Assembly (NCBI GenBank): GCA_017549445.1
Contig: JAFYUU010000015.1
Span: 58,767 to 122,766 of the forward strand
DNA: 64,000 nt
Direction of reading: 5' to 3'
Source: Alphaproteobacteria bacterium
GTDB lineage: Bacteria; Pseudomonadota; Alphaproteobacteria; Rs-D84
The position numbers and the translations under genes are program-made. The notes under the pieces were generated by a model that did not search any database, had not been told where the DNA came from, and saw nothing but the letters and a program-made list of their open reading frames with translations. Below are positions 9,243-18,794 of this stretch, piece after piece (position 1 is the stretch's first letter; each line of letters opens with the position of its first letter).

Positions 9243-10976
9243 TTACAACGGCATCTTGACACTATCTTGCATCATTTTCACAAATTCTGACAGTGGCAAA
9301 GTTTCCTGTTTTTGTTCACCCAGACGACGCAAAGTGACGGTTTTGTCTGCCATTTCTTTTTCCCCGACAACTGCAACGATTGGTGTTTTTGCCAACGACA
9401 GTTCACGGATTTTATAGTTCACTTTTTCGTCTCTCAAATCCGCACGTGTATTCACACCAACACTACGTAATTCCTCGACAACCTCGTTTGCATAATCTGC
9501 ATACTTTTGTGAAATTGGTGTCACGACAACGGGTTCTGGGCTTAACCACAATGGCAAATTACCACCCGTGGATTCCAACAACACACCCATAAAGCGTTCA
9601 ATAGACCCCAACATTGCACGATGTAACATAATTGGACGATGCTTTTCACCATCTTCACCGACATAAGACAAATCAAATCTTTCCGGCAGATTCATATCCA
9701 ACTGCACCGTTCCACACTGCCATACACGTCCCATAGAATCTTTCAGATAGTTATCAATTTTTGGTCCATAGAATGCGGCATCACCTTCGGCGATTTCATA
9801 TTCGATACCATTTGCATCCAGTGCATGTTTCAATGCCCCTTCGGCTTTGTCCCAAATTTCATCACTGCCGATTCTAAATTCAGATTCTTTTCTGGTTGCA
9901 AGTTTCATTGTAATTTTATCAAATCCGAACTTACCATAAATATCTTTGATAAAACGCAGAATCTTTACAACTTCTTCTTCCAATTGTTCTTCTGTGCAGA
10001 AAATATGAGCATCGTCCTGGGTAAATTCACGCACACGCATCAACCCAGACAGTCCCCCTGCTGCCTCATAGCGGTGCACCTTACCAAATTCGGCCATATA
10101 CAACGGCAAATCTTTATATGAACGCAGCCCGTGTCCGAACACCAACATCCCCCCTGGACAAGACATAGGTTTAATGCAGAACACTTTACCATCTTGTGTT
10201 TTCCCAGAATAGTTGTGTTCACCATACTTTGCCCAGTGTCCAGACCGTTCCCACAAACATCTGTCCATAACCGCAGGTGTAGAAATTTCCTGATATCCGG
10301 CTTTTTCTTGACGCAACCGAACATATTCTATCAATCTGCGATACATTTTGTATCCTTTATCGTGCCAGAACACCGACCCCGGTGCATATTCTGGTTCGAA
10401 ATGGAACAAGTCCATATCCTTGCCCAGTTTTCTATTATCACGTGCGGCGGCTTCTTCCTGCATTTTCAAGAAATTATCCAGTTCTTCTTTGCTTGCAAAT
10501 GCATCAACATAGATACGTTGCAACATTTTATTTTTTGCATCACCCTTCCAGTATGCACCGGCCACACTGCGAATCTTAAATGCGTCCCTTGGCAGGTCTT
10601 TGGAACTTTCCACATGTGGTCCACGGCACAGATCAACAAAATCACGGAAAGTATAGATTGATAAATCTTCACCTTTGGCATCATATTCGTTCAACCATTC
10701 CATTTTGTATGGTTGGTCAGCAAAGATTTCCTTTGCTTCATCTAAACTAACATTTCTTTGTTCGAAACGTCCATTTGATTTAATTAAATCCCGCATTTCC
10801 TTTTCGATTTTTGCGAAATCCTCTTCGGAAAAACGATATTCCGTATCAAAATCATAATAAAAACCGTTTTCAATCGCCGGTCCACCTGCGAACTTAACAT
10901 CAGGGTGTAATTTTTTAACAGCCCCCGCCAACACATGAGCCAACGAATGACGAATCGTTTCAATTGGATAAGACAT
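9243..10976 (-). CDS. thrS: threonyl-tRNA synthetase, 577 aa, apparently lacking the N-terminal TGS (N1) domain
   Basis: Starts in the N2 editing-domain motif (RHSLAHVLA). Class II catalytic and anticodon-binding regions are present. Confidence 0.9.
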   Translation of the reverse strand: MSYPIETIRHSLAHVLAGAVKKLHPDVKFAGGPAIENGFYYDFDTEYRFSEEDFAKIEKEMRDLIKSNGRFEQRNVSLDEAKEIFADQPYKMEWLNEYDAKGEDLSIYTFRDFVDLCRGPHVESSKDLPRDAFKIRSVAGAYWKGDAKNKMLQRIYVDAFASKEELDNFLKMQEEAAARDNRKLGKDMDLFHFEPEYAPGSVFWHDKGYKMYRRLIEYVRLRQEKAGYQEISTPAVMDRCLWERSGHWAKYGEHNYSGKTQDGKVFCIKPMSCPGGMLVFGHGLRSYKDLPLYMAEFGKVHRYEAAGGLSGLMRVREFTQDDAHIFCTEEQLEEEVVKILRFIKDIYGKFGFDKITMKLATRKESEFRIGSDEIWDKAEGALKHALDANGIEYEIAEGDAAFYGPKIDNYLKDSMGRVWQCGTVQLDMNLPERFDLSYVGEDGEKHRPIMLHRAMLGSIERFMGVLLESTGGNLPLWLSPEPVVVTPISQKYADYANEVVEELRSVGVNTRADLRDEKVNYKIRELSLAKTPIVAVVGEKEMADKTVTLRRLGEQKQETLPLSEFVKMMQDSVKMPL

Positions 10977-11032
10977 AATAAAATCCTTAGTTTTACTTTG
11001 TATTTGATTAGTTGTTTAATTATAGAAAGTTG

Positions 11033-11046
11033 TGCGATTTATCGCA
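11033..11046. promoter_or_regulatory. 14-bp perfect palindrome TGCGATTTATCGCA, 56 nt upstream of the thrS start
   Basis: Seen directly in the sequence. The identical palindrome recurs at 43069-43082 upstream of serS. Confidence 0.4.
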
Positions 11047-11196
11047 ATAGAAATTACACCCCCAAAGGGGTTGTAGTAGTTGTAGTAAAGAAATAACCAA
11101 ACATAATCATGGCAGACATAATAAAACTATTTTCCCCCAAAATCAAGATTTATAATTTGCTTCTATTTACTGGATTGAAGTTCCTGAAACATTAAT

Positions 11197-11240
11197 CACC
11201 TTTGTCATTGCGAGGCATAGCCGTGGCAATCCAGTCCTAT
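11197..11240. repeat. ~42-nt repeat, copy 1 (CACCyyTGTCATTGC-N7/8-GCCGTGrCAATCCAGTCC)
   Basis: Near-identical to 39907-39948. Confidence 0.5.
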
Positions 11241-11250
11241 GTATTCCGCA

Positions 11251-11610
11251 TTACCGCACTTTGCTGTGCTTGCAAGTCACTCTGCACCATGCCAAGGCGG
11301 TTTGATACAGTGCTTCTGCATTACGAGAAAAAAAATCAATCTCAATACCGCTTGGATAGCAAACACAACGACTCGCATATGCAGCAACATCATACAACTT
11401 CTTATCTCCAACAAACATAACAGGTTTAACCAGAAACTTTTGATTCCCACTTCCTGGTTTAAAAGGCGTTTCTTTAACTTGCAAAGTCAAAGACAATCGG
11501 CAAAATTTATCACACCCATCACAACACAAACCTGATGCCAACTTAGGCCTTTGTTCATAACGATCAAGAACATCTTTCTTGCCCTTTTTATAATTACGTT
11601 CATACGACAT
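11251..11610 (-). CDS. hypothetical cysteine-rich small protein (119 aa, 8 Cys including a CCDGCDKFC cluster)
   Basis: AAGGA Shine-Dalgarno 6 nt before the ATG. It starts 56 nt downstream of the hemolysin-III gene on the same strand. The overlapping plus-strand ORFs look like low-complexity artefacts. Confidence 0.4.
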   Translation of the reverse strand: MSYERNYKKGKKDVLDRYEQRPKLASGLCCDGCDKFCRLSLTLQVKETPFKPGSGNQKFLVKPVMFVGDKKLYDVAAYASRCVCYPSGIEIDFFSRNAEALYQTALAWCRVTCKHSKVR

Positions 11611-11666
11611 AACACATCCTTTTTTTCAATTGTCAGACCTTTACACCCTCGCCTCGCAAATTCTTT

Positions 11667-12404
11667 TTACAAATCCAGAATACACCCGAACAGCACTGCG
11701 AAAAAGAAACACACACTGCCCCCGATTACGAACAGATGCCAAACTGCGTGTGAAAATTTCATACGTCGCCACAGATAGAATATCACCCCAATCGTATATG
11801 CCAATCCACCCGCCAGAATAAACCACAGCCCACGCACAGGCACCGTCCGCAACATAACGGGCAAAATAAACAACAATGTCCACCCCATTGCGACATATAA
11901 TCCGACCATCCATTTTGGCTGCCGCCGTGGATTACGGATTTTCATATACGACCCGAACAATACAATCCCCCACAGTATTCCGAACACGATCCAACCGACC
12001 CACCCCCGCATATTGACCAGCAGAAATGGCGTATACGTTCCCGCAATCAAAGAATAAATTGCGACACTGTCCCACACCTCAAAGAAACACTCGTGTTTTT
12101 TTCCGATTGTTGCGTGACACATTGTTGACCCGAAATACAGTGTAATCATCGTCACACCAAAAATCGCACACGACACAATCGCCCACGCATCGCCTTTGAT
12201 TCCTGCAAACACCACCAACAACGTCAGTGCCGCAATGGCCAACCCAATACCAATACCATGTGTCAGAATATTTACGACCTCTTCCGCATGCGTGCTTGGT
12301 TTTTCCCAGCGAAACAACCCCGTTGCCCGCAGAACTTTCAACAATCTTGAACCGTGTTCATCTTTTTTAACGGCCCGAACTCTGGCCCGCTTTGACTGTG
12401 TCAT
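11667..12404 (-). CDS. hemolysin III / PAQR-family (YqfA-like) 7-TM channel protein
   Basis: Seven hydrophobic segments and conserved His motifs (ILTHGIG, HAVWHLFVIGGS). Confidence 0.8.
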   Translation of the reverse strand: MTQSKRARVRAVKKDEHGSRLLKVLRATGLFRWEKPSTHAEEVVNILTHGIGIGLAIAALTLLVVFAGIKGDAWAIVSCAIFGVTMITLYFGSTMCHATIGKKHECFFEVWDSVAIYSLIAGTYTPFLLVNMRGWVGWIVFGILWGIVLFGSYMKIRNPRRQPKWMVGLYVAMGWTLLFILPVMLRTVPVRGLWFILAGGLAYTIGVIFYLWRRMKFSHAVWHLFVIGGSVCFFFAVLFGCILDL

Positions 12405-13978
12405 TTCATTGCTCCTTCGATTCGTTTAATAACTCTATGCCCACCCATAACTGACATAATAGAATACAAATCTGGTGTATTTGTGCGACCCGATAATGCG
12501 ACACGCAAATTCATTGCCACATCACCATTTTTTATACCCAACGATTCGGCAATCGCAACAATTTTCGCCCACCAGGTATCTTTGTCGTCCGATTCGTTAT
12601 ACGTTTCCAAAAACGCACGCAAAGCATCCTTGTTAAATTCATATTCTGTATTTGCTACAAACAATTCGTCCCAGAAAAATGCGACATTTTCCAACGTCTG
12701 GGACCAAGTGATAAAGTCCTTGCGAACACGTTTTGGATTATCACGTTCAATCCCCAGAACACCTGTCAGATATTTTTCATCTGCGACCTGCATTTTATTC
12801 GTGTCATTACCATATTCATTTGCCCATGCGGTCACACGTGCAACCAATTCCGGCACCGGCAAAGACCCGATAAATTCCTTGGCCCACCATTCCAGTTTTT
12901 TCATGTCAAACAAAGCACCTGACATTGGGATTTTTTTTGCACGCATTTCATAATCCCAGAACGTATTCACCTGGCCTTTCATTTTTGCTTCTTCATAACC
13001 AGACGCACAAATATTCCCCAAGTATTCAATTACCGCCTCTACTGGCCATCCTGCTGATAAAAAGAACGCTACATTTGCCTCGGGATCTTTACGTTTAGAC
13101 AATTTTCTTTGCTTACCTGTTTCTTCATCAATTTTATCAATTGTTGATGTATGAATATACATTGGTGCGTTCCACCCCATCATACGGAACAACTGCACGT
13201 GCAATGGCAAAGACGGCAACCACTCTTCTCCACGAATAACATGAGTTGTCCGCATAAAGTGATCATCACACAAATGTGCAAAATGATACGTTGGCAAACC
13301 ATCATTTGATTTAATCAGCACAATATCTTCATTGTTTTCCGGGAATCCGATTGAGCCACGAACCGCATCTTTACAGAAAATTCTTTGTTCAGGGTTCCCC
13401 ATTGAATACAAGCGAATCGATGGCACTTCACCGTTATCTAAATGTGCGACAATATCTTCTTCGGTTAAATCCCTATCACGTGCCCATTCGCCATAGATAC
13501 CTGTTGCAAAGCCCGCTGCCTTTTGATTTTCGCGTATTTTTTCCATATCATCTGCCGACAAGAAACAAGGATACGCACGTCCTGTTGCCAATAATTCTGC
13601 CGCAACAGAGTGATATATATCTTTACGTTGTGATTGATAATATGGGCCATATTCAGGCATATTATTGTATTGCAAACCGAATCGGTGCATAGATTCTTCA
13701 ATAATTTTAACGGCATCTGCAACCTCACGTTTTGTGTCTGTATCTTCGATTCGCAACATAAACACACCACCCGATTGACTGGCCAATTTACAGTCAATCA
13801 ATGCACCATACAAACCACCGATGTGCATATACCCTGTTGGACTGGGTGCGAATCGTGTCACCATGGCACCATCTGCCAAATTACGTGCTGGGAATTTTTC
13901 TTCCAACTCTGCAATTGTATATTTTGGTGCCGTGCCCAATACACGTGCGATTAAATCTTTTGACAATCCGTTTCTCAT
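12401..13978 (-). CDS. gltX: glutamyl-tRNA synthetase. The annotated ORF carries a ~39-aa N-terminal extension, and the true start may be the Met of MVTRFAPSPTG near 13861.
   Basis: HIGG motif (PSPTGYMHIGG) and a KMSKS-like KLSKR motif. Confidence 0.9.
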   Translation of the reverse strand: MRNGLSKDLIARVLGTAPKYTIAELEEKFPARNLADGAMVTRFAPSPTGYMHIGGLYGALIDCKLASQSGGVFMLRIEDTDTKREVADAVKIIEESMHRFGLQYNNMPEYGPYYQSQRKDIYHSVAAELLATGRAYPCFLSADDMEKIRENQKAAGFATGIYGEWARDRDLTEEDIVAHLDNGEVPSIRLYSMGNPEQRIFCKDAVRGSIGFPENNEDIVLIKSNDGLPTYHFAHLCDDHFMRTTHVIRGEEWLPSLPLHVQLFRMMGWNAPMYIHTSTIDKIDEETGKQRKLSKRKDPEANVAFFLSAGWPVEAVIEYLGNICASGYEEAKMKGQVNTFWDYEMRAKKIPMSGALFDMKKLEWWAKEFIGSLPVPELVARVTAWANEYGNDTNKMQVADEKYLTGVLGIERDNPKRVRKDFITWSQTLENVAFFWDELFVANTEYEFNKDALRAFLETYNESDDKDTWWAKIVAIAESLGIKNGDVAMNLRVALSGRTNTPDLYSIMSVMGGHRVIKRIEGAMK

Positions 13979-13979
13979 T

Positions 13980-14585
13980 TTACTTTTCCTTTTCCCATTC
14001 TGATTTCAATTTAGAATATCTGATTTTATCACGAACACTGCCATTTGGCCAAACACCTTCGGCCCGCAATATTCCTTCTTGAACATAATTAAATTTTTCT
14101 GCAACCGCACGTGATGCCTTATTTTCCACATCAGACGTTATAACTAACTTGCGAACCCCCAATTCCTCGAACCCAAATTTTTCGATTTCCGGCAACACAG
14201 CACTGATAACACCCTGCCCCCGTTCGGACTTTTTGACCCAGTATCCAATTTCAGCCACACGAGTATTCCAAGTTATATCAGAAAAACCAATTTCCCCCAG
14301 AAATTCATTTTCTCTAAAAATTCCATACATCAAAAATTGTTTTCTGGTGGGTCGTTTGAAATAGTCCACAAACACATCTTCTGGTGTTTGATACAAACCA
14401 TTTGGCATCCAGAAAATCATATTTTCCGAATCGGAATTATAAATATCAAAAATCTGTTGTGCCATTTCGAACGTTGCCGGCACAAGTTTCAACTGATATT
14501 TACCAGCACTTATAACATCTGGACAATACATCATTTTTGTTTTCCTTTTGCCATTTCTTTTTTCAATTTGTAATATTTTTCCCAT
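13980..14585 (-). CDS. GNAT-family N-acetyltransferase (RimJ/RimL-like)
   Basis: GNAT core (EIGYWV...GQGV). The probable start is MMYCPD at about 14534, which overlaps the next gene by 4 nt. Confidence 0.7.
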   Translation of the reverse strand: MGKILQIEKRNGKRKTKMMYCPDVISAGKYQLKLVPATFEMAQQIFDIYNSDSENMIFWMPNGLYQTPEDVFVDYFKRPTRKQFLMYGIFRENEFLGEIGFSDITWNTRVAEIGYWVKKSERGQGVISAVLPEIEKFGFEELGVRKLVITSDVENKASRAVAEKFNYVQEGILRAEGVWPNGSVRDKIRYSKLKSEWEKEK

Positions 14586-15256
14586 TGATCAATATAAGTT
14601 TTCGGCCAGGGCAAATCTTTCCAATACCAATTCACGTTTTGCAATCCTGTTGGCCTCTCTAACCAATTGGACAAAGTTTTAGAATACACAACAATATCAT
14701 GCACCACACCCGATGGCATCTTTTTTGCCGCCGGCAAAATGCCCTCTTGCCTATACCCCAGACGTTCCGGAATCCGACGTGCCGCCTTATTTTCTGTGGC
14801 ACAACGAATCTCTACCTTTTTCGCCCCACCATATAAAAAGCATAACATTTCGGCCTTGCCAACCGCCCATATCATAACCCCATAACCATTATAGCGTGGA
14901 TCGTGCCAATATCCTATTTCCATTGTGCCGGTCTTTTTATCTTCACGAACCACACCAACCATACCTGTCAACCAACCATTTAATCGCAGATAATATTTAC
15001 ATGTAGTTCTATCGGCCAGCGATTCCACAATCGGCATTTCATCCGCCGGACTTTTTATGGAATCAACCCACGGCAACCACGGTCTAAAAAAATCACGATT
15101 TGCATTTATGGCACCATACAATTCGTTGGCAATCATTTGACTATTGGGCTCTCGTGCTTTATACATCCCCCCCTTAAATCCGCCACGAACACAGTAACCA
15201 TGTTCCTCGTTCCAACCACTGTCTATCAGTCCAACAACTTCTGGATACTCAATCAT
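14531..15256 (-). CDS. GNAT-family N-acetyltransferase, paralogue A
   Basis: Clear paralogue of 15253-15924 (MEIGYWHDPRYNGYG versus MEIAYWLDKRYSGRR, and CFLYGGAKK in both), with a ~50-aa C-terminal extension. Confidence 0.7.
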   Translation of the reverse strand: MIEYPEVVGLIDSGWNEEHGYCVRGGFKGGMYKAREPNSQMIANELYGAINANRDFFRPWLPWVDSIKSPADEMPIVESLADRTTCKYYLRLNGWLTGMVGVVREDKKTGTMEIGYWHDPRYNGYGVMIWAVGKAEMLCFLYGGAKKVEIRCATENKAARRIPERLGYRQEGILPAAKKMPSGVVHDIVVYSKTLSNWLERPTGLQNVNWYWKDLPWPKTYIDQWEKYYKLKKEMAKGKQK

Positions 15257-15924
15257 TTTGCTTTACCTTTTACCAATTCCATTTTCATTTGTTCTATCAT
15301 ACATTTCTCTTGCCCCAGCAACTCCTCTCCATAACGACTATATGGATTTGCCAGTCCCGTCGGTTTATTCAACCAATCTGACAGCACCTTGGAATAAACC
15401 ACGACCTCGTATGGCACACCTGATGTTCTTATCTTTCCATCTTGCTGTGTCCAACCCAAGCGTTCCAAAATTCGTATTGCAGGTTCATTATACACCCCAC
15501 ACCGTGCCTCTAACTTTTTTGCCCCACCATACAGAAAGCACAACTTTTCAATCTTGCCCACGGCCCAAGACATAATCCTGCGTCCACTATACCTTTTATC
15601 CAACCAGTATGCGATTTCCATTGTATTGGTATTTTTATCTTCCCGCATCACACCAATCATTCCAGCTACCCAACCATCAACCCGCAAAATATATTGACAT
15701 GTTGATAAATTTGCCACAGATTCAACAACTTTCATTGCGTCAAAATATGCAGGATCAACTTTTTCCTGCAACCAAGGCCTTAGAAATTCACGATTATGGT
15801 TCACGCATCCTTGCAGTTCTCTGGCCTCTACCTTGCAAAAACCAGTTGCAGGTTTAACCATTGAAATACTTTCATGCATATACCTTGGTGCATCGATTCG
15901 TTTTGGAAAATCCACCATAGCCAT
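15253..15924 (-). CDS. GNAT-family N-acetyltransferase, paralogue B
   Basis: See paralogue A. It overlaps it by 4 nt (ATGA). Confidence 0.7.
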   Translation of the reverse strand: MAMVDFPKRIDAPRYMHESISMVKPATGFCKVEARELQGCVNHNREFLRPWLQEKVDPAYFDAMKVVESVANLSTCQYILRVDGWVAGMIGVMREDKNTNTMEIAYWLDKRYSGRRIMSWAVGKIEKLCFLYGGAKKLEARCGVYNEPAIRILERLGWTQQDGKIRTSGVPYEVVVYSKVLSDWLNKPTGLANPYSRYGEELLGQEKCMIEQMKMELVKGKAK

Positions 15925-15966
15925 ATATTCCTTGTGTTTTTAGTATCTCAATTCTATACTAAATAT

Positions 15967-16587
15967 ATGGAAAAACAAGAAATAAGAACATTTGGTCGCC
16001 GTCACGGAAAAAAATTATCACAACGTCAAAGTTGGCTACTTGACAACGTCCTACCCACCCTAAAACCAACCACCGGTGACATACTGGAAATTGGCTTTGG
16101 TGCGGGCGAACACGTGCGTTTTTTGGCTAAAAACAATCCACAATCCGTTATCATCGGTGCCGAACCGTTTATGAACGGTGTTGCATCACTGCTGTCGGCC
16201 ATAACGGACGAGAAAACAAACACCATATTAGACGAATATAAAAACATTCGCATTTGGGCGGACGATGTTCGTGATTTTCTACGCCAAACCGATTCGCAGT
16301 TCAATCAAATCTGGGTCTTGCACCCCGACCCCTGGCCCAAGGCCCGACATGAAAAACGCCGTTTGCTGTCCGCTGAATTTCTGAACATATTATCCCAGCA
16401 TCTGTCTGCTGACGGCGAAATTATTATTGGCACAGACCATTGGGAATACTTTGATTGGATTATCGCACAAATCCAGCGCACAGAATTGACCGCAACAATT
16501 GCGGATTTGGACATCATACAAACCCGATACCAGGAAAAGAACAAGGCCGGCACAACCAACCCAAAATATCTAATTTTGCATAAATAG
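15967..16587 (+). CDS. trmB: tRNA (guanine-N7)-methyltransferase
   Basis: RRHGKKLS... then an SAM-binding EIGFGAGEH motif. The start is set at MEKQEIRTF, since the longer ORF from 15874 has an implausible leader. Confidence 0.85.
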   Translation: MEKQEIRTFGRRHGKKLSQRQSWLLDNVLPTLKPTTGDILEIGFGAGEHVRFLAKNNPQSVIIGAEPFMNGVASLLSAITDEKTNTILDEYKNIRIWADDVRDFLRQTDSQFNQIWVLHPDPWPKARHEKRRLLSAEFLNILSQHLSADGEIIIGTDHWEYFDWIIAQIQRTELTATIADLDIIQTRYQEKNKAGTTNPKYLILHK

Positions 16588-16594
16588 AAAAAAT

Positions 16595-17278
16595 TTATTC
16601 TCCGGTCCAGTTCAACCAAAATCTCTGCTTATGCACCAGGTTTGCCTGCATACTCTCGACCAGGCGATTTGCCTGCTCTATTCTGACGGGGTTATTTCCC
16701 AATGCCCAGTGCAATTCGCCAACGAATCCTGAATCCCAGTTTTCCAGCATACCATACACCCGTCCCACAAAATCTGATTTGTCCCCCGTATCACGTGTCA
16801 AAGCAAACATTACCGCATCTGCCCGAATTTTTTTCAGGTTATCGAACACATTTGCCCAATCATATGGTCCAATATCCGCAATATCCAGACCAATTATCAA
16901 TTTACGATTAAAGAACAAATCATCACGAATAATTGCGACCTGCTGAACCAGTTCGGCCAACTTTTTATATCGAACAAAAACCTGGGCCCCTGTTGCACCA
17001 TGCTTAAACGCATTGTTTATCTGCACGGTCACATCTGATATTGCCTTCTCATTTACCCGCACATCTGGCAGATAAAACCGCCCCAAGATTTCTATTGATG
17101 TTTTTTCCAACCACGGCCACAGCACCCCAACCGAATCGGGCACCACAGACACACAACCAACCTGTTGCTCGACTGCGATTTGTGCCATACGTGCCAAATC
17201 CACGCCAACAAAATCCCCCCCGCACCACAGACCTACTTTATCCCTGATGCCTGCAAAAAAGTCGTTCATTTCTATCAT
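16595..17278 (-). CDS. hypothetical protein of about 227 aa. The start is chosen at MIEMNDFFAG, because the longer ORF to 17404 would overlap the divergent gene.
   Basis: Continuous ORF convergent with trmB. I recognise no family. Confidence 0.45.
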   Translation of the reverse strand: MIEMNDFFAGIRDKVGLWCGGDFVGVDLARMAQIAVEQQVGCVSVVPDSVGVLWPWLEKTSIEILGRFYLPDVRVNEKAISDVTVQINNAFKHGATGAQVFVRYKKLAELVQQVAIIRDDLFFNRKLIIGLDIADIGPYDWANVFDNLKKIRADAVMFALTRDTGDKSDFVGRVYGMLENWDSGFVGELHWALGNNPVRIEQANRLVESMQANLVHKQRFWLNWTGE

Positions 17279-17321
17279 TATACTTTTTACTTTATCACAA
17301 ATATGATAGAATAAAAACCAA

Positions 17322-18290
17322 ATGAGAAACAAAATTGATAATATTTTAATTGGCATGGTCTGGTTGCTGTCTGCGACCCTTGCCACGTTCTTTTGGTTTA
17401 ACATCAGATTTGGTTTTGATTTATTTTCATCGGCCCATTGGAACCATCTGGCTGAATTACAGGCAAAAAACCAATCGGTATCTCCGTGTTTTTACATATC
17501 ACTGGTTGTGGCAATTGTGATTACATTGGTCGGCCTGCACTTTGTTATCCGCCCACGCAGGCGGAACATAACATTATCGCACCCCGCCCCGACACCTGTT
17601 CCAACACACGTCCCTGTTGTTCAATCGGCCCAACCAACCCAGTCCCCATATCCACAAGAAACATCTGCCCCGGAACCGGCACCTTTACCTGCGGGAATGA
17701 TACGCCCCCCACGACTAAACATTGCACCATCTGGTGGCACCTATGCAGGAACCTCGTCCCCTTCTTCTAATGCCCCTGTTGCACCAATTCCAATGGCTAT
17801 GCAGGCACCTGCACCAAACACTTCTTCATCATCGCCACGCACGACAACACGTGCACCACAAAAATCCACCCCCCAGGACTGGCCACAAATTCGTGAAATA
17901 TTTTCTATGGCGGGATATATTATCAAACCCGAACCATACATCAACTCAACCAAGATGGCCCTGTGTGCCATCGGCACGGACGAAGTTTTCTGGATTGGTG
18001 CAGTTGGCATTTCCAAATCGGCAATGCAGGAAATTTATGATAAATTGGAAAAATTATTCCAAGACACCCTGGAAGAAGTTCCAATCCAAATCAATGCCTT
18101 TGTTATGAACGCATCTGACGCACCAGAAACATCAACAGACGGCCCTGTAATGACATTTGATGGGCTTGATTCCTTGCGTTCATATGTCCGTGCCAACCCG
18201 AACAAGCCATTACCACCAGAAGACACAGATAACTTTGACGCATATTCAGAATACATAACAACAGTTATTGATTACATAGGAAAACTGTGA
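17322..18290 (+). CDS. hypothetical membrane protein with 2 N-terminal TM helices, a Pro/Ser/Thr-rich linker and a C-terminal globular domain
   Basis: 322 aa. First gene of a four-gene same-strand cluster with 4-nt overlaps or small gaps. Confidence 0.55.
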   Translation: MRNKIDNILIGMVWLLSATLATFFWFNIRFGFDLFSSAHWNHLAELQAKNQSVSPCFYISLVVAIVITLVGLHFVIRPRRRNITLSHPAPTPVPTHVPVVQSAQPTQSPYPQETSAPEPAPLPAGMIRPPRLNIAPSGGTYAGTSSPSSNAPVAPIPMAMQAPAPNTSSSSPRTTTRAPQKSTPQDWPQIREIFSMAGYIIKPEPYINSTKMALCAIGTDEVFWIGAVGISKSAMQEIYDKLEKLFQDTLEEVPIQINAFVMNASDAPETSTDGPVMTFDGLDSLRSYVRANPNKPLPPEDTDNFDAYSEYITTVIDYIGKL

Positions 18291-18790
18291 TGCAATTGAC
18301 CCAAGGCACCGCCGAACAAATTATGTCTGATTTGGGAATGGAAGATGTTCCACTGATGGAACACACACCCATACCCACGGCCCTGCCAAACGATTGGTTC
18401 ACCCGCTACAAAGAACTATGTCACAAATTTACGATGTCTTTAATGGACTCGGTCCAAGAATTGGCATTTATGAACCTGCCCCAGAATGAATTTATGGATT
18501 TATTGATGGGCCGTTCTATCCCAGCGAACTTATCATTTCGTTTTCGTGTTCCACCCGCATGGGGCGGAAAGTTCGAGATTGATAATATGTTCATATGCTG
18601 GACATTTCCGCAATCCCAGCGTATGGACAGATTTTTAATTATGCAGTCCGATGCCAAAACCGTATGGCTTCCAAATCCTGCAAAAAAGATTTACCTGCCT
18701 GCCCACACCGCCGGTGGTGGTGACGGTGGCAACGCAACCGAAGACCGATTGGCACAAATGTCTGCCCAACTGGCATCGGGCCGTGAATAA
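18287..18790 (+). CDS. hypothetical protein (167 aa)
   Basis: Its ATG overlaps the upstream stop (ATGA). No recognisable family. Confidence 0.5.
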   Translation: MMQLTQGTAEQIMSDLGMEDVPLMEHTPIPTALPNDWFTRYKELCHKFTMSLMDSVQELAFMNLPQNEFMDLLMGRSIPANLSFRFRVPPAWGGKFEIDNMFICWTFPQSQRMDRFLIMQSDAKTVWLPNPAKKIYLPAHTAGGGDGGNATEDRLAQMSAQLASGRE

Positions 18791-18794
18791 AACC

